Program-made: the position numbers and the translations under genes
Shown: positions 37,874-46,731 of the stretch, piece after piece
Layout of the letters: the number at the start of each line of letters is the position of its first letter
How positions within the stretch are numbered: the stretch's first letter is position 1
From: Deltaproteobacteria bacterium
GTDB taxonomy: Bacteria > Desulfobacterota > Desulfarculia > Adiutricales > Adiutricaceae
Assembly: GCA_031278835.1 (NCBI GenBank)
Contig: JAITJP010000028.1
Location: 1-53,606, forward strand
Direction: 5' to 3'
DNA: 53,606 bases
Notes under the pieces: model-generated
Databases searched by the model: none
What the model saw: the letters and a program-made list of their open reading frames with translations, nothing else
What the model was told of the DNA's origin: nothing

Positions 37874-38803
37874 ATGAGAATGCCCAGTCAAGAAAGTTAC
37901 GACGCCGACAAAACCGTGGTCAAGCCCCTGGGGGCTTGGCCCAGCCAGCCTCATGATCCGCCCTTTAAGGTGGTGGCCAGAGCCCCGTCAAAGGCCTCGG
38001 CCTTGGATCAACCCTATATTGGTCAACAAAGTTCTTTGGAGGGCTACCCCAGTGGCATAAATCCTCTAATTGAGGCATCTTTCCCCTTATTAACTGAAAT
38101 AATTAATCTACGTAAGGGAGAACAGGAAAATTTAGAATGGCTAAGGCAGACTTTTGAGACCGGAATCAGGGCCTTTGAGGCCAAGGCCTTAAATAGCCTT
38201 ATTGATCGCTCCCAGATCCTGGCCGCCCGTTACCTTTTGTGCACGGCCTTGGACGAAAGCGTGACCATGTCCTCAATTGAGGATAGCGCCGCCTGGGCCC
38301 ATGAGGCCCTTTTGAGTACCTTTCATGACGAGACCTGGGGCGGCGAAAAATCCTTTAAGATTTTAGAGCGTTGCATGCAGCATCCCGCCCAAAACTTATA
38401 TTTATTGGAACTAATTTACGTCCTAATTAGCCTGGGTTTTGAGGGCCGATACCGGGTCATGGAAAGGGGTATCCAGGCCTTGGAAGCCCTAAGGGACAAA
38501 GTTTACCAGCAGATCCGCATCCTTCGAGGCGAGCCCATCTTGGATTTGGCTAAACCAGTCGATAAGGTCGAAACCGTCAATCCCCTGCACCGTTATTTGC
38601 CGGTTTGGCTGGTCCTGGTTTTGGCCCTCCTGGTCCTGGCCATCAGCTTTGTGGGTTTTTACTTTACCCTAAAAACCCGGGCCCAGCAGGTCTTTGAGGC
38701 CTACCAGACCTCAAACCAGATAAGCTCAAATCAGTTGAGCTCAACTGATTTGAAGCTAAGCCAAATTGAGCTTGGCCAAATTAAAACCAGTGATGAGAAC
38801 TAA
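37874..38803 (+). CDS. tssL: T6SS membrane-complex protein TssL (DotU family), no peptidoglycan-binding domain
   Basis: DotU core (NPLIEASFPLLTEI..., ARYLLCTALDESV). A single C-terminal TM helix (WLVLVLALLVLAISFVGFYF). A short Ser/Gln-rich tail. Confidence 0.85.
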   Translation: MRMPSQESYDADKTVVKPLGAWPSQPHDPPFKVVARAPSKASALDQPYIGQQSSLEGYPSGINPLIEASFPLLTEIINLRKGEQENLEWLRQTFETGIRAFEAKALNSLIDRSQILAARYLLCTALDESVTMSSIEDSAAWAHEALLSTFHDETWGGEKSFKILERCMQHPAQNLYLLELIYVLISLGFEGRYRVMERGIQALEALRDKVYQQIRILRGEPILDLAKPVDKVETVNPLHRYLPVWLVLVLALLVLAISFVGFYFTLKTRAQQVFEAYQTSNQISSNQLSSTDLKLSQIELGQIKTSDEN

Positions 38804-38806
38804 ATC

Positions 38807-41800
38807 ATGATTAAACGGGTATTTGGCTTCTTTACTCGCTTTGGGGCTTATTTGCGAGAAGCCGGGGTGGTTACCTTGGCCCTGCTGGTTATTTGTTTGG
38901 CCTTGATTTGGCTTTTTGGACCGACCATCAGTATTTCCGGAAAACAGATTCTGGAGAGTATTAACTCTAGACTGGTGGCCAGCATTGGGCTTTTGGTTTT
39001 GTGGCTACTGTTTATGACCACCTATAAGTCCATAAATAGTAAGATCGAAAATAAAGATCCAGAAAAACTGGCCAATAAGCAAAAACAAGCCCAAGCCAAA
39101 AAGCAAGCCAAAATTGAAAGAAACCGGACCAGGCAAACCATCAAGGAAACGGTCAGGACTATTGAGAGATCCAGTTATTTTGGGCCCGAGAGTCGATCGA
39201 GGTACTCCCTGCCTTGGTATCTGGTCATCGGGGCCAGTAATAGCGGCAAAACCCTGGCCCTTTTAAATTCCGGGCAAAAGTTTCCCATAAACGAGCAGGC
39301 CGACCGTAACCTTTACAAACTAAAGGCCACCGCCCAACCCGAGGTTCTCTTTGGAAATCAAGCCATTTACATCGATACCCCGGGGGCTTATTTGGAAAAA
39401 AGCTCTGGCGATAATGGTCAGAGCGCCTTTTCTGATTTACTCAAGGCTTTGTATAAAGCCAGACCGGCTAGGCCCATTAACGGGGTCATGGTGACCTTAA
39501 GCCTTAGGGACTTAATGCTGGAAGACCAGTCCCTTTACGAGCACTTGGCTAGGCTAACTAGGGATCGCTTGACCGAGGTTTTAAAAAGCCTAAAAACCCA
39601 GGTGCCCGTCTATCTGCTTTTGACCAAAAGCGACGCCCTGCCGGGTTTTTTCACTTTTTTCTCAGGTCTTTCTAGGTCGGAAAGGGAGCAGATTTTTGGC
39701 TTCCATAACCTTAAGGGGTCCATGGAACCGGGCCGGGTTAGGGCCGAGGTGGCCGATCTGCTAAAAACCTTAAATAGTCAGGTCTTTACCAAGATGCACC
39801 ATGAGCGGGACCTGGCCTCCAGGGGCGATATCATAAATTTCCCCCGGGAACTGGAAAAACTCTCGGCCAAGCTGGAAGACTTCATTTCCGAGGCCTTTGG
39901 CCCTTCCCGTTACCACAAACCGGTCATGTTTCGGGGCTTTTTCTTTACCTGTTCCCTTTCGTCCCAAAAGGCCTTGGAAGCGGCCGACCATAATGGCCAG
40001 TGGTCCTTTCAAACCGGCTACCAGCCGGCCGTGGGTGAGTACGCCAAGGGCTTTTTTCTCTCCAGGCTTTTTAGCCAGGCCATTATTCCGGAAGCCGGAC
40101 TGGCCCTAGACGATCGTAAAAAATGGGCCGGTTTTCGCTTTAGCCAAAAAGCCGTAAAAATGGCCATTTTCGCCCTGATGGTGGCGGCCGGTTTTCTTTT
40201 GGCCTTAAGTTTCAATAACAATTATTCAAAACTGCAGCGGCTCGATCTCTTTAATTCGGAAATTTTAACTAAGATTGGCCAAAACAAAAGCCCGGAGGGG
40301 GCCAAATATGTTTTGCCCGAGCTTAAGGCCTTTGAATCGGCCCTAAGGGTTTTTAAGCCAGCCCAGGATTCTAAACTCAAATACGGTTTGGGTCTCTACC
40401 AAGGCCATCAGGCCAGAAAGGTGCTTGGCCAGGCCTATAAGGCCGATCTTAATCAGAGATTTTTAAGTCTGATCCGCTCAGACGCCGCCCAACAGGTGGA
40501 AAATTCTCTGGGCAATATCGGTGAGCTTAAAAAAAACTTAAGGGCTTATTTGATGCTCTGTCAGCCTGAGCGCCTGGATGGGGCTTATTTACAAACCTGG
40601 GCACAAGAGCGCTGGTCCAGGCAATACCAAGGCCAGTCCGAGGCCCAAAATGAATTACAGGGCCAACTGCTGGCTCTCATTTCTTACGGCCTAGAAGCCA
40701 GCCAGCCCGATTACGCCCTCTTGGAAAGGGCCCGCCAGGCCATGTTTCAACTGCCCCTGGCCGAACTGGCCTACGATCAGGTCAAAGATGAGGCCGTCAA
40801 CTCGGGCCGGGCCCCCTTTACCTTCCAAAGGGCCTTGGGCGAATCTCTCTCGCCCTTTGAGGGCGACGACTTTCCCATCCCCTTTCTTTACACCCGGGCT
40901 GGTTTTGAAGAATATTTACTCAAGCGCTGTCCTGAGCTCATTAAGGAACTGACCTCCGATAGCTGGGTCTTTGGCCTAAATAACCAAGAAACCGGCCTGT
41001 CTCTAAGCCAACTTGACCTGGCCCGGATTCAAGGCGAGGTCAATAGCCTTTACTACCGTGATTACATTGAATACTGGAGCCAAGCCCTAAAAGCCCTAAG
41101 CCTGGCCCAGCCCCAAAACCTGGCCGAGGCCGCCCAAAAAGCCAACCAGCTCAGCTCGGGCCCCTCGCCGGCCGTCCTGGTCCTGCGCGAGCTTCGTTAC
41201 AACGCCCATCTGATGGTCCCCCAGGCCCCGCCCCCGACCAGCCAGGCCGCGGCCGCGGCCGAGGCCGATGGCCAGCCCGCTGGCCAGGCCGCCCCGGAAA
41301 GCCCGCCAGCGGCCGGTTCCCCGGACCCGGCTCAGGCTGGCCCCGAGGCCCAGCCCCAAGGTGAGGCCCTAGCGGTCAAGGCTTATTTTAGTCAATTTGA
41401 GGCCCTTTTGACCGCGGAGGGTTTGGCCGGCCCCTCCTTGGCGGCCGCCAATGAGGCCATGAGCGCCGCGGCTGGATTTTTTGAGCGCCTGACTTCCAGC
41501 GATGACCCAAGGCAGGCCGCCTTTGGGGCTTTACTCAAGATCTCCGAGGACCAAGACGATACCTTAAGACGCCTAAACGCGGCGGCCGGCAAACTGCCGC
41601 CCGAGATCGGCTCTTGGTATACGGTCATCCTGGAGGGCGGCTTGGACCGACTCTGTTATTTGGCCGCCGTCAATATCGACAGCCTCTACAAGACCGAGGT
41701 CTTGGAGTATTTTGAGGCCTCGCTAAGGGATTACTACCCCTTTAATCCCAGATCAGGCTCGGACGCCAATCTTAACGATTTCGCGGAATTTTTTAGGGCC

Positions 41801-42349
41801 GGCGGCCTGGTCGATTCCTTTCAAAGCGCCTATCTAAAGCCCTTTCTTAACCCCTCGGGCCAGTTAAAAACCATCATGGGCAAAAGCTTGCCCCTAAAGG
41901 CCAAAGCCGTGGCCCAGTTAAACCGGGCCGCCCTGGTCAGAGAGGCCTTTTTCGCCGGCGGTGCCAATCCCTCCCTAAGTTACTTTATTGAGCCCAGCAC
42001 CATGGACGAAAGCCTTAAGGTCACCACTTTAAGCCATGACAATAAAACGGTCAGTTATTGGCACGGCCCCATTCAGGGCTCAAGTTTTAGCTGGCCCGGC
42101 GGCGGCCCGGCCTCGGTGGTTTTTGAAGACTTGCAAGGGGTCAGCCAAAGGCGCGAGTCCCGAGGCCTTTTTAGCATCTTTAGACTTTTCCAAGGCGGCA
42201 CCCTGGTCAGAGGCCAGTCCGGCGCCGGGAACCTCATTGAACTTAAACAAAACAACAAATGGACCCGTTTTAATGTTTCCCACCGCAACCGGGCCAACCC
42301 CTTTGACCCGGCCATCTCCGGCTACGCCCCGCCGGACTCGCTGCGCTAA
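38807..42349 (+). CDS. tssM: T6SS membrane-complex protein TssM (IcmF family)
   Basis: 1180 aa with N-terminal TM helices. Walker A GASNSGKT. IcmF-type C-terminal region. A Pro/Ala/Gln-rich insertion is encoded at about 41213-41365. Confidence 0.95.
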   Translation: MIKRVFGFFTRFGAYLREAGVVTLALLVICLALIWLFGPTISISGKQILESINSRLVASIGLLVLWLLFMTTYKSINSKIENKDPEKLANKQKQAQAKKQAKIERNRTRQTIKETVRTIERSSYFGPESRSRYSLPWYLVIGASNSGKTLALLNSGQKFPINEQADRNLYKLKATAQPEVLFGNQAIYIDTPGAYLEKSSGDNGQSAFSDLLKALYKARPARPINGVMVTLSLRDLMLEDQSLYEHLARLTRDRLTEVLKSLKTQVPVYLLLTKSDALPGFFTFFSGLSRSEREQIFGFHNLKGSMEPGRVRAEVADLLKTLNSQVFTKMHHERDLASRGDIINFPRELEKLSAKLEDFISEAFGPSRYHKPVMFRGFFFTCSLSSQKALEAADHNGQWSFQTGYQPAVGEYAKGFFLSRLFSQAIIPEAGLALDDRKKWAGFRFSQKAVKMAIFALMVAAGFLLALSFNNNYSKLQRLDLFNSEILTKIGQNKSPEGAKYVLPELKAFESALRVFKPAQDSKLKYGLGLYQGHQARKVLGQAYKADLNQRFLSLIRSDAAQQVENSLGNIGELKKNLRAYLMLCQPERLDGAYLQTWAQERWSRQYQGQSEAQNELQGQLLALISYGLEASQPDYALLERARQAMFQLPLAELAYDQVKDEAVNSGRAPFTFQRALGESLSPFEGDDFPIPFLYTRAGFEEYLLKRCPELIKELTSDSWVFGLNNQETGLSLSQLDLARIQGEVNSLYYRDYIEYWSQALKALSLAQPQNLAEAAQKANQLSSGPSPAVLVLRELRYNAHLMVPQAPPPTSQAAAAAEADGQPAGQAAPESPPAAGSPDPAQAGPEAQPQGEALAVKAYFSQFEALLTAEGLAGPSLAAANEAMSAAAGFFERLTSSDDPRQAAFGALLKISEDQDDTLRRLNAAAGKLPPEIGSWYTVILEGGLDRLCYLAAVNIDSLYKTEVLEYFEASLRDYYPFNPRSGSDANLNDFAEFFRAGGLVDSFQSAYLKPFLNPSGQLKTIMGKSLPLKAKAVAQLNRAALVREAFFAGGANPSLSYFIEPSTMDESLKVTTLSHDNKTVSYWHGPIQGSSFSWPGGGPASVVFEDLQGVSQRRESRGLFSIFRLFQGGTLVRGQSGAGNLIELKQNNKWTRFNVSHRNRANPFDPAISGYAPPDSLR

Positions 42350-42372
42350 AAAATTTAGCCCAAGGAGATCCT

Positions 42373-42633
42373 ATGCCAAACTTTGCCCGCTTAGGCGATA
42401 AAGTCAGCTGCCCCAAATGCGGAGCCCAGACCATTGTCTCGGCCTCGCCCACGGCCAAGATTAAAGGTGTGCCCATAGCCCGGGTAGGTGATCAAATTAG
42501 TTGCGGTTCAATCATTACCACGGGCTCAGACCTGGTCAAGGTTGACGGAAAACCGGTGGCCCTGATTGGCTCCAAGACCTCCCACGGCGGGGTGGTCTTG
42601 GAAAACGGTCTGACCGTTTCCACGAAAAGTTAA
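42373..42633 (+). CDS. PAAR-domain spike-tip protein
   Basis: 86 aa. It has repeated A-R-x-G-D elements (FARLGDKVSC and IARVGDQISC) and HGGVV, as in PAAR proteins. Confidence 0.85.
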   Translation: MPNFARLGDKVSCPKCGAQTIVSASPTAKIKGVPIARVGDQISCGSIITTGSDLVKVDGKPVALIGSKTSHGGVVLENGLTVSTKS

Positions 42634-42675
42634 ATTAGCCAAAAATGGCTAAGCTCAAAGGCGTTTTTAATCATC

Positions 42676-43449
42676 ATGGCCGATAACCCAAATTTGACAG
42701 CCGCCCGTAGGCCCTCGCCCCAGGTGGTCTACCTGACCTCCTGGGGCTGGACCTTAACCGGAAACTGCCGAGAGGAAAACCAAGATTGCTTTTTAAACTG
42801 GCCCGAACGGCTCCTGTGGGCCGTGGCCGACGGGGTGGGCGGGGGAGAGGACGGGGCCTTGGCCAGTCAACTAATCATCCGTAGACTGTCGGCCCTGCCA
42901 ATGGCCCCCAGCCCAGAAGAAAACCTCCGGGCCATCAAAGAAGCCGCCTCCGAGGTTAACCAGGCCCTTTGGCGTAGGCGCTCTCGGGGTAAGCTTTGTT
43001 CCACCACCCTGACCGTTTTGCTGGCCCAAAACGACCAGGCCATCTGCCTTTGGGTGGGTGACAGCCGCTGCTACTTATCCCGGCAGGGGGCCCTTTACCA
43101 ATGCTCCAAAGATCATACGGCCCGGCAAAGCCACATCGACCAAGGCCTGCTCAGCCCCTGGGAAGCCCTTCGCATGATTAAGGGTAACCTGATAACCCGG
43201 GCCCTGGGTAGCCAGCCCGACCTGGAGCTCGAGCAGGTCGCCTTTGCCATCGCCCCCAGAGATCGCCTGCTTCTTTGCACCGACGGCTTGTCAAACCTGC
43301 TGTCCCCGGAAACTTTGTCAAATACCCTGGCCCGAGGCACCACGGCCAGATCGATTTCTTTAAAGTTTCAAGAGCTGATTAAAAACTTGCCCCAAAGGGA
43401 CAACATCACCCAGATAACCCTTTTGGTCTCAAAGCCATACCAGAAATGA
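42676..43449 (+). CDS. pppA: PP2C-family Ser/Thr phosphatase (PppA-like)
   Basis: WAVADGVGGGEDG, VGDSRCYL and LLLCTDGLSN are PP2C metal-binding motifs. Confidence 0.85.
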   Translation: MADNPNLTAARRPSPQVVYLTSWGWTLTGNCREENQDCFLNWPERLLWAVADGVGGGEDGALASQLIIRRLSALPMAPSPEENLRAIKEAASEVNQALWRRRSRGKLCSTTLTVLLAQNDQAICLWVGDSRCYLSRQGALYQCSKDHTARQSHIDQGLLSPWEALRMIKGNLITRALGSQPDLELEQVAFAIAPRDRLLLCTDGLSNLLSPETLSNTLARGTTARSISLKFQELIKNLPQRDNITQITLLVSKPYQK

Positions 43450-43553
43450 TTAGCCCAAACTTAAGCCAATAAAAAAAAACTTATGCCCAAGGCCTGAAAA
43501 AAAAAACACCTCCCAGGGCACTTTTGACTTAAGCCTGATTAGCGGTGATTGAC

Positions 43554-44447
43554 ATGGAACCTGTCGTAAATTTTATTGATTTAATCCCCATGGACCATTT
43601 ATCGACCAAGGCCTGGCCTGGCCTTGGGCCCGATTCTGGCCTCTCAGGGCGCTTTCTTCTGGGCCCATCGCTGGGGCAGGGGGCCATGTGCCAAGTCTTT
43701 GAGGCTATTGATCAAAGCCGGGCCCAATGGGGCGATGCCCAGCCCAAGGTGGCCATAAAAAAACTACTCCCAGAATTTCAAGAAAACCCCCAGGCCCGTC
43801 TGGCCCTGGCCCAGGAATTTTTTAAAGCCCGGGATCTGCTTCACCCCAATGTGGTTCGGGTTTACGACCTTCATCAACAAGATGGCCAGCTGATGTTTAC
43901 TATGGAACTCTTGTCCGGCCAAACCCTTAGGGATTATTTAAGCGCCCGGTCGCCCCGGCCCATCGACAAACTCAAGGCCGCCGCCCATCTATTTCAGGCC
44001 TTGGCCCACATTCACCAAAAGGGTTTGGCCCACGCCGACCTTAAGCCCGGAAACCTTTTCCTTTGCCCTGGCCGAACGGTCATCTTTGATTTTAACCTTT
44101 CAGTGGTCTGGCCGGCCGGCCAAGAAAAGGCCTCATCGCCCATCCAGGCCCTGCTTAAGGCCAAAAGCCTGCCCGGTTACACCATGGCCTACGCCAGCCT
44201 GGAGCGCCTCCAAGGGGCCCGGCCCAGCTTGGCCGACGATATCTTTGCCGCCAGCCTAACCGCCTACGAACTCTTGACCGGTAATCACCCCTTTTCGCGC
44301 CTTCCGGCCGACCAGGCCCAACAAAAGGGCCTTAGCCCCAAGCGCCCGGCTCAACTGGCCCGAAGGCCCTGGAAGTACCTTTTGGCCGGCCTAAGCCTTA
44401 AGCCGGACCAACGCCCCCAGGCCTCTGAGCTTAGCCGGGTCTTTTAA
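43554..44447 (+). CDS. ppkA: Hanks-type Ser/Thr protein kinase (PpkA-like), kinase domain only
   Basis: Gly-loop GQGAMCQV. VAIKKL lysine. Catalytic loop HADLKPGN (non-RD). DFN in place of DFG. About 297 aa with no TM segment or extracytoplasmic domain. GTG at 43545 is an alternative start. Confidence 0.8.
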   Translation: MEPVVNFIDLIPMDHLSTKAWPGLGPDSGLSGRFLLGPSLGQGAMCQVFEAIDQSRAQWGDAQPKVAIKKLLPEFQENPQARLALAQEFFKARDLLHPNVVRVYDLHQQDGQLMFTMELLSGQTLRDYLSARSPRPIDKLKAAAHLFQALAHIHQKGLAHADLKPGNLFLCPGRTVIFDFNLSVVWPAGQEKASSPIQALLKAKSLPGYTMAYASLERLQGARPSLADDIFAASLTAYELLTGNHPFSRLPADQAQQKGLSPKRPAQLARRPWKYLLAGLSLKPDQRPQASELSRVF

Positions 44448-44711
44448 ATCCAGCCCGGGACCGGACTGGGCCCTGGCCAGACCGGCCCTGCCAGAGCCCT
44501 TTATTAATCTTTAATAATCTTATAACATTATTTTTATAATAAATTATCTAGATCTTTACTATGTTTACATTAATTTTACTTGATATTTTTTCCAATATAC
44601 GATAAAAAGAAAGAGAAACAAACAAAACCCCTAGAGGCTAGTCCAAACCTGGTCCCTAAAAAGTCAGAAAGAAAGTTTGCCATCAAATGTTTCTTTCCAA
44701 GGTATTAGCCC

Positions 44712-45500
44712 ATGGCCCTACCCAAAGCGCTTTTATGTCTGCTCGGCTCAAGTGAGGCTTACTCAGGTGAGGCCGAAGAGCTCTCCCTTCGGGCGGTTGG
44801 CTTTGCCACGGCCACCTTGCGCTGGGCTGATTTTCGGCCTGAAAGTAACGATTGGTTGGGCTTATCAACCCTCTTGGAAGATCCCAGCCTCACGGCTTGG
44901 ATCCTGGCCGGGCCCTATGAAGAATTTAGCCCGCAAATCATAAGCCAGATCAGCCTGTTAAGCTTAGCCCTGGACCGAAAACCCTTACCGATTACGGCCA
45001 TAATAACCAAACTGGCCGATAAATCTTACCTGGAGTTGCCGCCCATCCTGGCCCACCTTAAAATTTTTGACCCCCTGGACCCTTACCCCGCTAAGCTGAT
45101 GGCCTATCGTTTTAAGCCGCCGGAAGACCTGGCCCGGCCTTTTTACTTAAAAACTTACGCCTCGCCCCTAATCGGCCTGTGGTTGGAAGTGGGCCCAAAC
45201 GAAAGCGAAAAATGGTCTGGCTTTATGTTGGCCGTTACCAAGACCCTAATTGAGGTTTTGGGGGTGGGCCCCCGGGGCCAGATCCCCAAAAAAAGTATTG
45301 TCAATTACCCCATGCACGGTCTGGAAGGCCATTTGGGCGATTTGAAATTTCAGGCCAGCGCCGCCAAAAACACCCTGGACGCCGAAACCAGCGCCTATAT
45401 CCACCTGGCCGGGCCCCCCAATCACCTAATCGTCGGCCCTTACCCCGAGGAAAAGCCCTCCGCTGAGGGCTCCTGGGCCCAAGTCTTGGCCCTAGCTTAA
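44712..45500 (+). CDS. Hypothetical protein (262 aa) embedded in the T6SS cluster
   Basis: A clean ORF on the same strand and with similar codon style to its neighbours, preceded by a 264-bp AT-rich spacer. The N-terminus MALPKALLCLLGSSEA is only weakly signal-like. I recognise no family motif. Confidence 0.6.
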   Translation: MALPKALLCLLGSSEAYSGEAEELSLRAVGFATATLRWADFRPESNDWLGLSTLLEDPSLTAWILAGPYEEFSPQIISQISLLSLALDRKPLPITAIITKLADKSYLELPPILAHLKIFDPLDPYPAKLMAYRFKPPEDLARPFYLKTYASPLIGLWLEVGPNESEKWSGFMLAVTKTLIEVLGVGPRGQIPKKSIVNYPMHGLEGHLGDLKFQASAAKNTLDAETSAYIHLAGPPNHLIVGPYPEEKPSAEGSWAQVLALA

Positions 45501-45608
45501 GCCAAGGCCAAAACCTGGTACATCTTAGTTAATCAGCCTATTAAAAAAAAACCAGCCCAGTTGGTCCATGAATGGGCCAAAAGCCTTGGCCTATTTAGCG
45601 CCTTTTTT

Positions 45609-45625
45609 ACGGTTAACTTAACCGT
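45609..45625. promoter_or_regulatory. Palindrome acggttaa-c-ttaaccgt upstream of hcp
   Basis: Perfect 8-bp arms, 67 nt upstream of the hcp ATG. A related half-site taccggtttaac lies at about 45651-45662. Confidence 0.3.
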
Positions 45626-45691
45626 CATAAAAAACCCCGGGTAAATATTTTACCGGTTTAACTTCCCAACACGCTTTCGAGGAGAATCATT

Positions 45692-46213
45692 ATGCCTGTT
45701 CCCGCTTATCTCAGTATCACCGGCGAGCGTCAGGGCCTCATCACTCAAGGTAACTTTACCGAGGCCTCGGTTGGCAACATCTACCAAGAGGGTCACGAGG
45801 ACGAGACCTTGGTCGAGGCCTTTGAGCACCAGATCGTCTTGCCCCGTGATCCCCAGTCCGGCCAACCCACCGGCCAGCGCGTCCACAAGCCCTTAAAGAT
45901 CACCAAGGTCATCGATAAGTCCTCGCCCCTACTCTTTAGGGCCCTGACCAGCGGTGAGCGCTTGCCCAACGTGACCATGAAGTTCTATCGCACCTCGGCC
46001 TCGGGCACCATGGAACACTATTTCACCATCCAGCTGGAAGACGCCATCATCGTCGACATCACCAGCTACATGCCCAACTGCCAAGACCCCGGTCTGGCCC
46101 ATTTCACTCACCTTGAAGACGTCTACATGACCTACCGCAAGATCATCAAAACCCACGAGGTGGCCAGTACCTCCGAGAGCGATGACTGGAGAACCCAGTC
46201 CACGGCCGCTTAA
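45692..46213 (+). CDS. hcp: T6SS inner-tube protein Hcp
   Basis: MPVPAYLSITGERQGLITQG...EGHEDETLVEAFEHQIVLPRDPQSGQPTGQRVHKP...SDDWR is the classic Hcp/TssD sequence. GAGGAG RBS. Confidence 0.95.
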   Translation: MPVPAYLSITGERQGLITQGNFTEASVGNIYQEGHEDETLVEAFEHQIVLPRDPQSGQPTGQRVHKPLKITKVIDKSSPLLFRALTSGERLPNVTMKFYRTSASGTMEHYFTIQLEDAIIVDITSYMPNCQDPGLAHFTHLEDVYMTYRKIIKTHEVASTSESDDWRTQSTAA

Positions 46214-46548
46214 GGGCCCTGGGCCTAATCGGCCCCCTGGCCCTGGCAGGGCCAATTGGCTGCCGAGGCTGATCGGCCACGAGCGAATGAAAATATCCGT
46301 TGGTGGCCGAGCTAGGCCTGAGCCCCAAGAAAAAAAACCCTTTAAGCCGCCTTTAGCTCTTGGGGCCCGATGAGTTTGCCCAAGCCCAGGCCCGGCCAAA
46401 AGCCCTTATCAGGAAAAGGCTTACCTCTCGGCTTTTTCGCGGCTGGCCCCAAGCCTGGGCTAAAAAAAACAAAACAAAAATTATGAGTTTTTACTCGTAA
46501 AATAAAAAAGTTAATAAGTTTTTATTTGTGGAAAAACTGAAATAATTT

Positions 46549-46672
46549 AAGCTTAAGCCTAAATCTTTGACCGTGGTTATGGTTAATTTGGAAACGATTA
46601 AGCTTAAGCCTTAGTCGTTGACCGTGGTTATGGTTAATTGGGAAACGATTAAACTTAAGCCTAAGTCTTTGG
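46549..46672. repeat. About 2.4 tandem copies of a 51-bp unit upstream of vgrG
   Basis: Units lie at 46549-46599, 46600-46650 and 46651-about 46672. Consensus is aagcttaagcctaaatctttgaccgtggttatggttaatttggaaacgatt. The array ends about 60 nt before the vgrG ATG. Confidence 0.9.
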
Positions 46673-46731
46673 TAACTCGGAAACCCTGGAGCTTGGCCTG
46701 ATTGGTTCCATTGGTTTAACGGAGGGCTAGC

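Noticed and set aside
44677-44943. 88-aa ORF in an alternative frame at the start of the unknown T6SS gene
   Set aside because: It overlaps the longer 262-aa frame, which continues cleanly for 789 nt. The short frame has no RBS and a low-information sequence.
45929-46399. 156-aa (-) and 63-aa (+) ORFs overlapping the hcp 3' end and downstream spacer
   Set aside because: They are Gly/Pro/Arg-rich translations of GC-rich sequence antisense to the unambiguous hcp gene. This is typical spurious-ORF behaviour.
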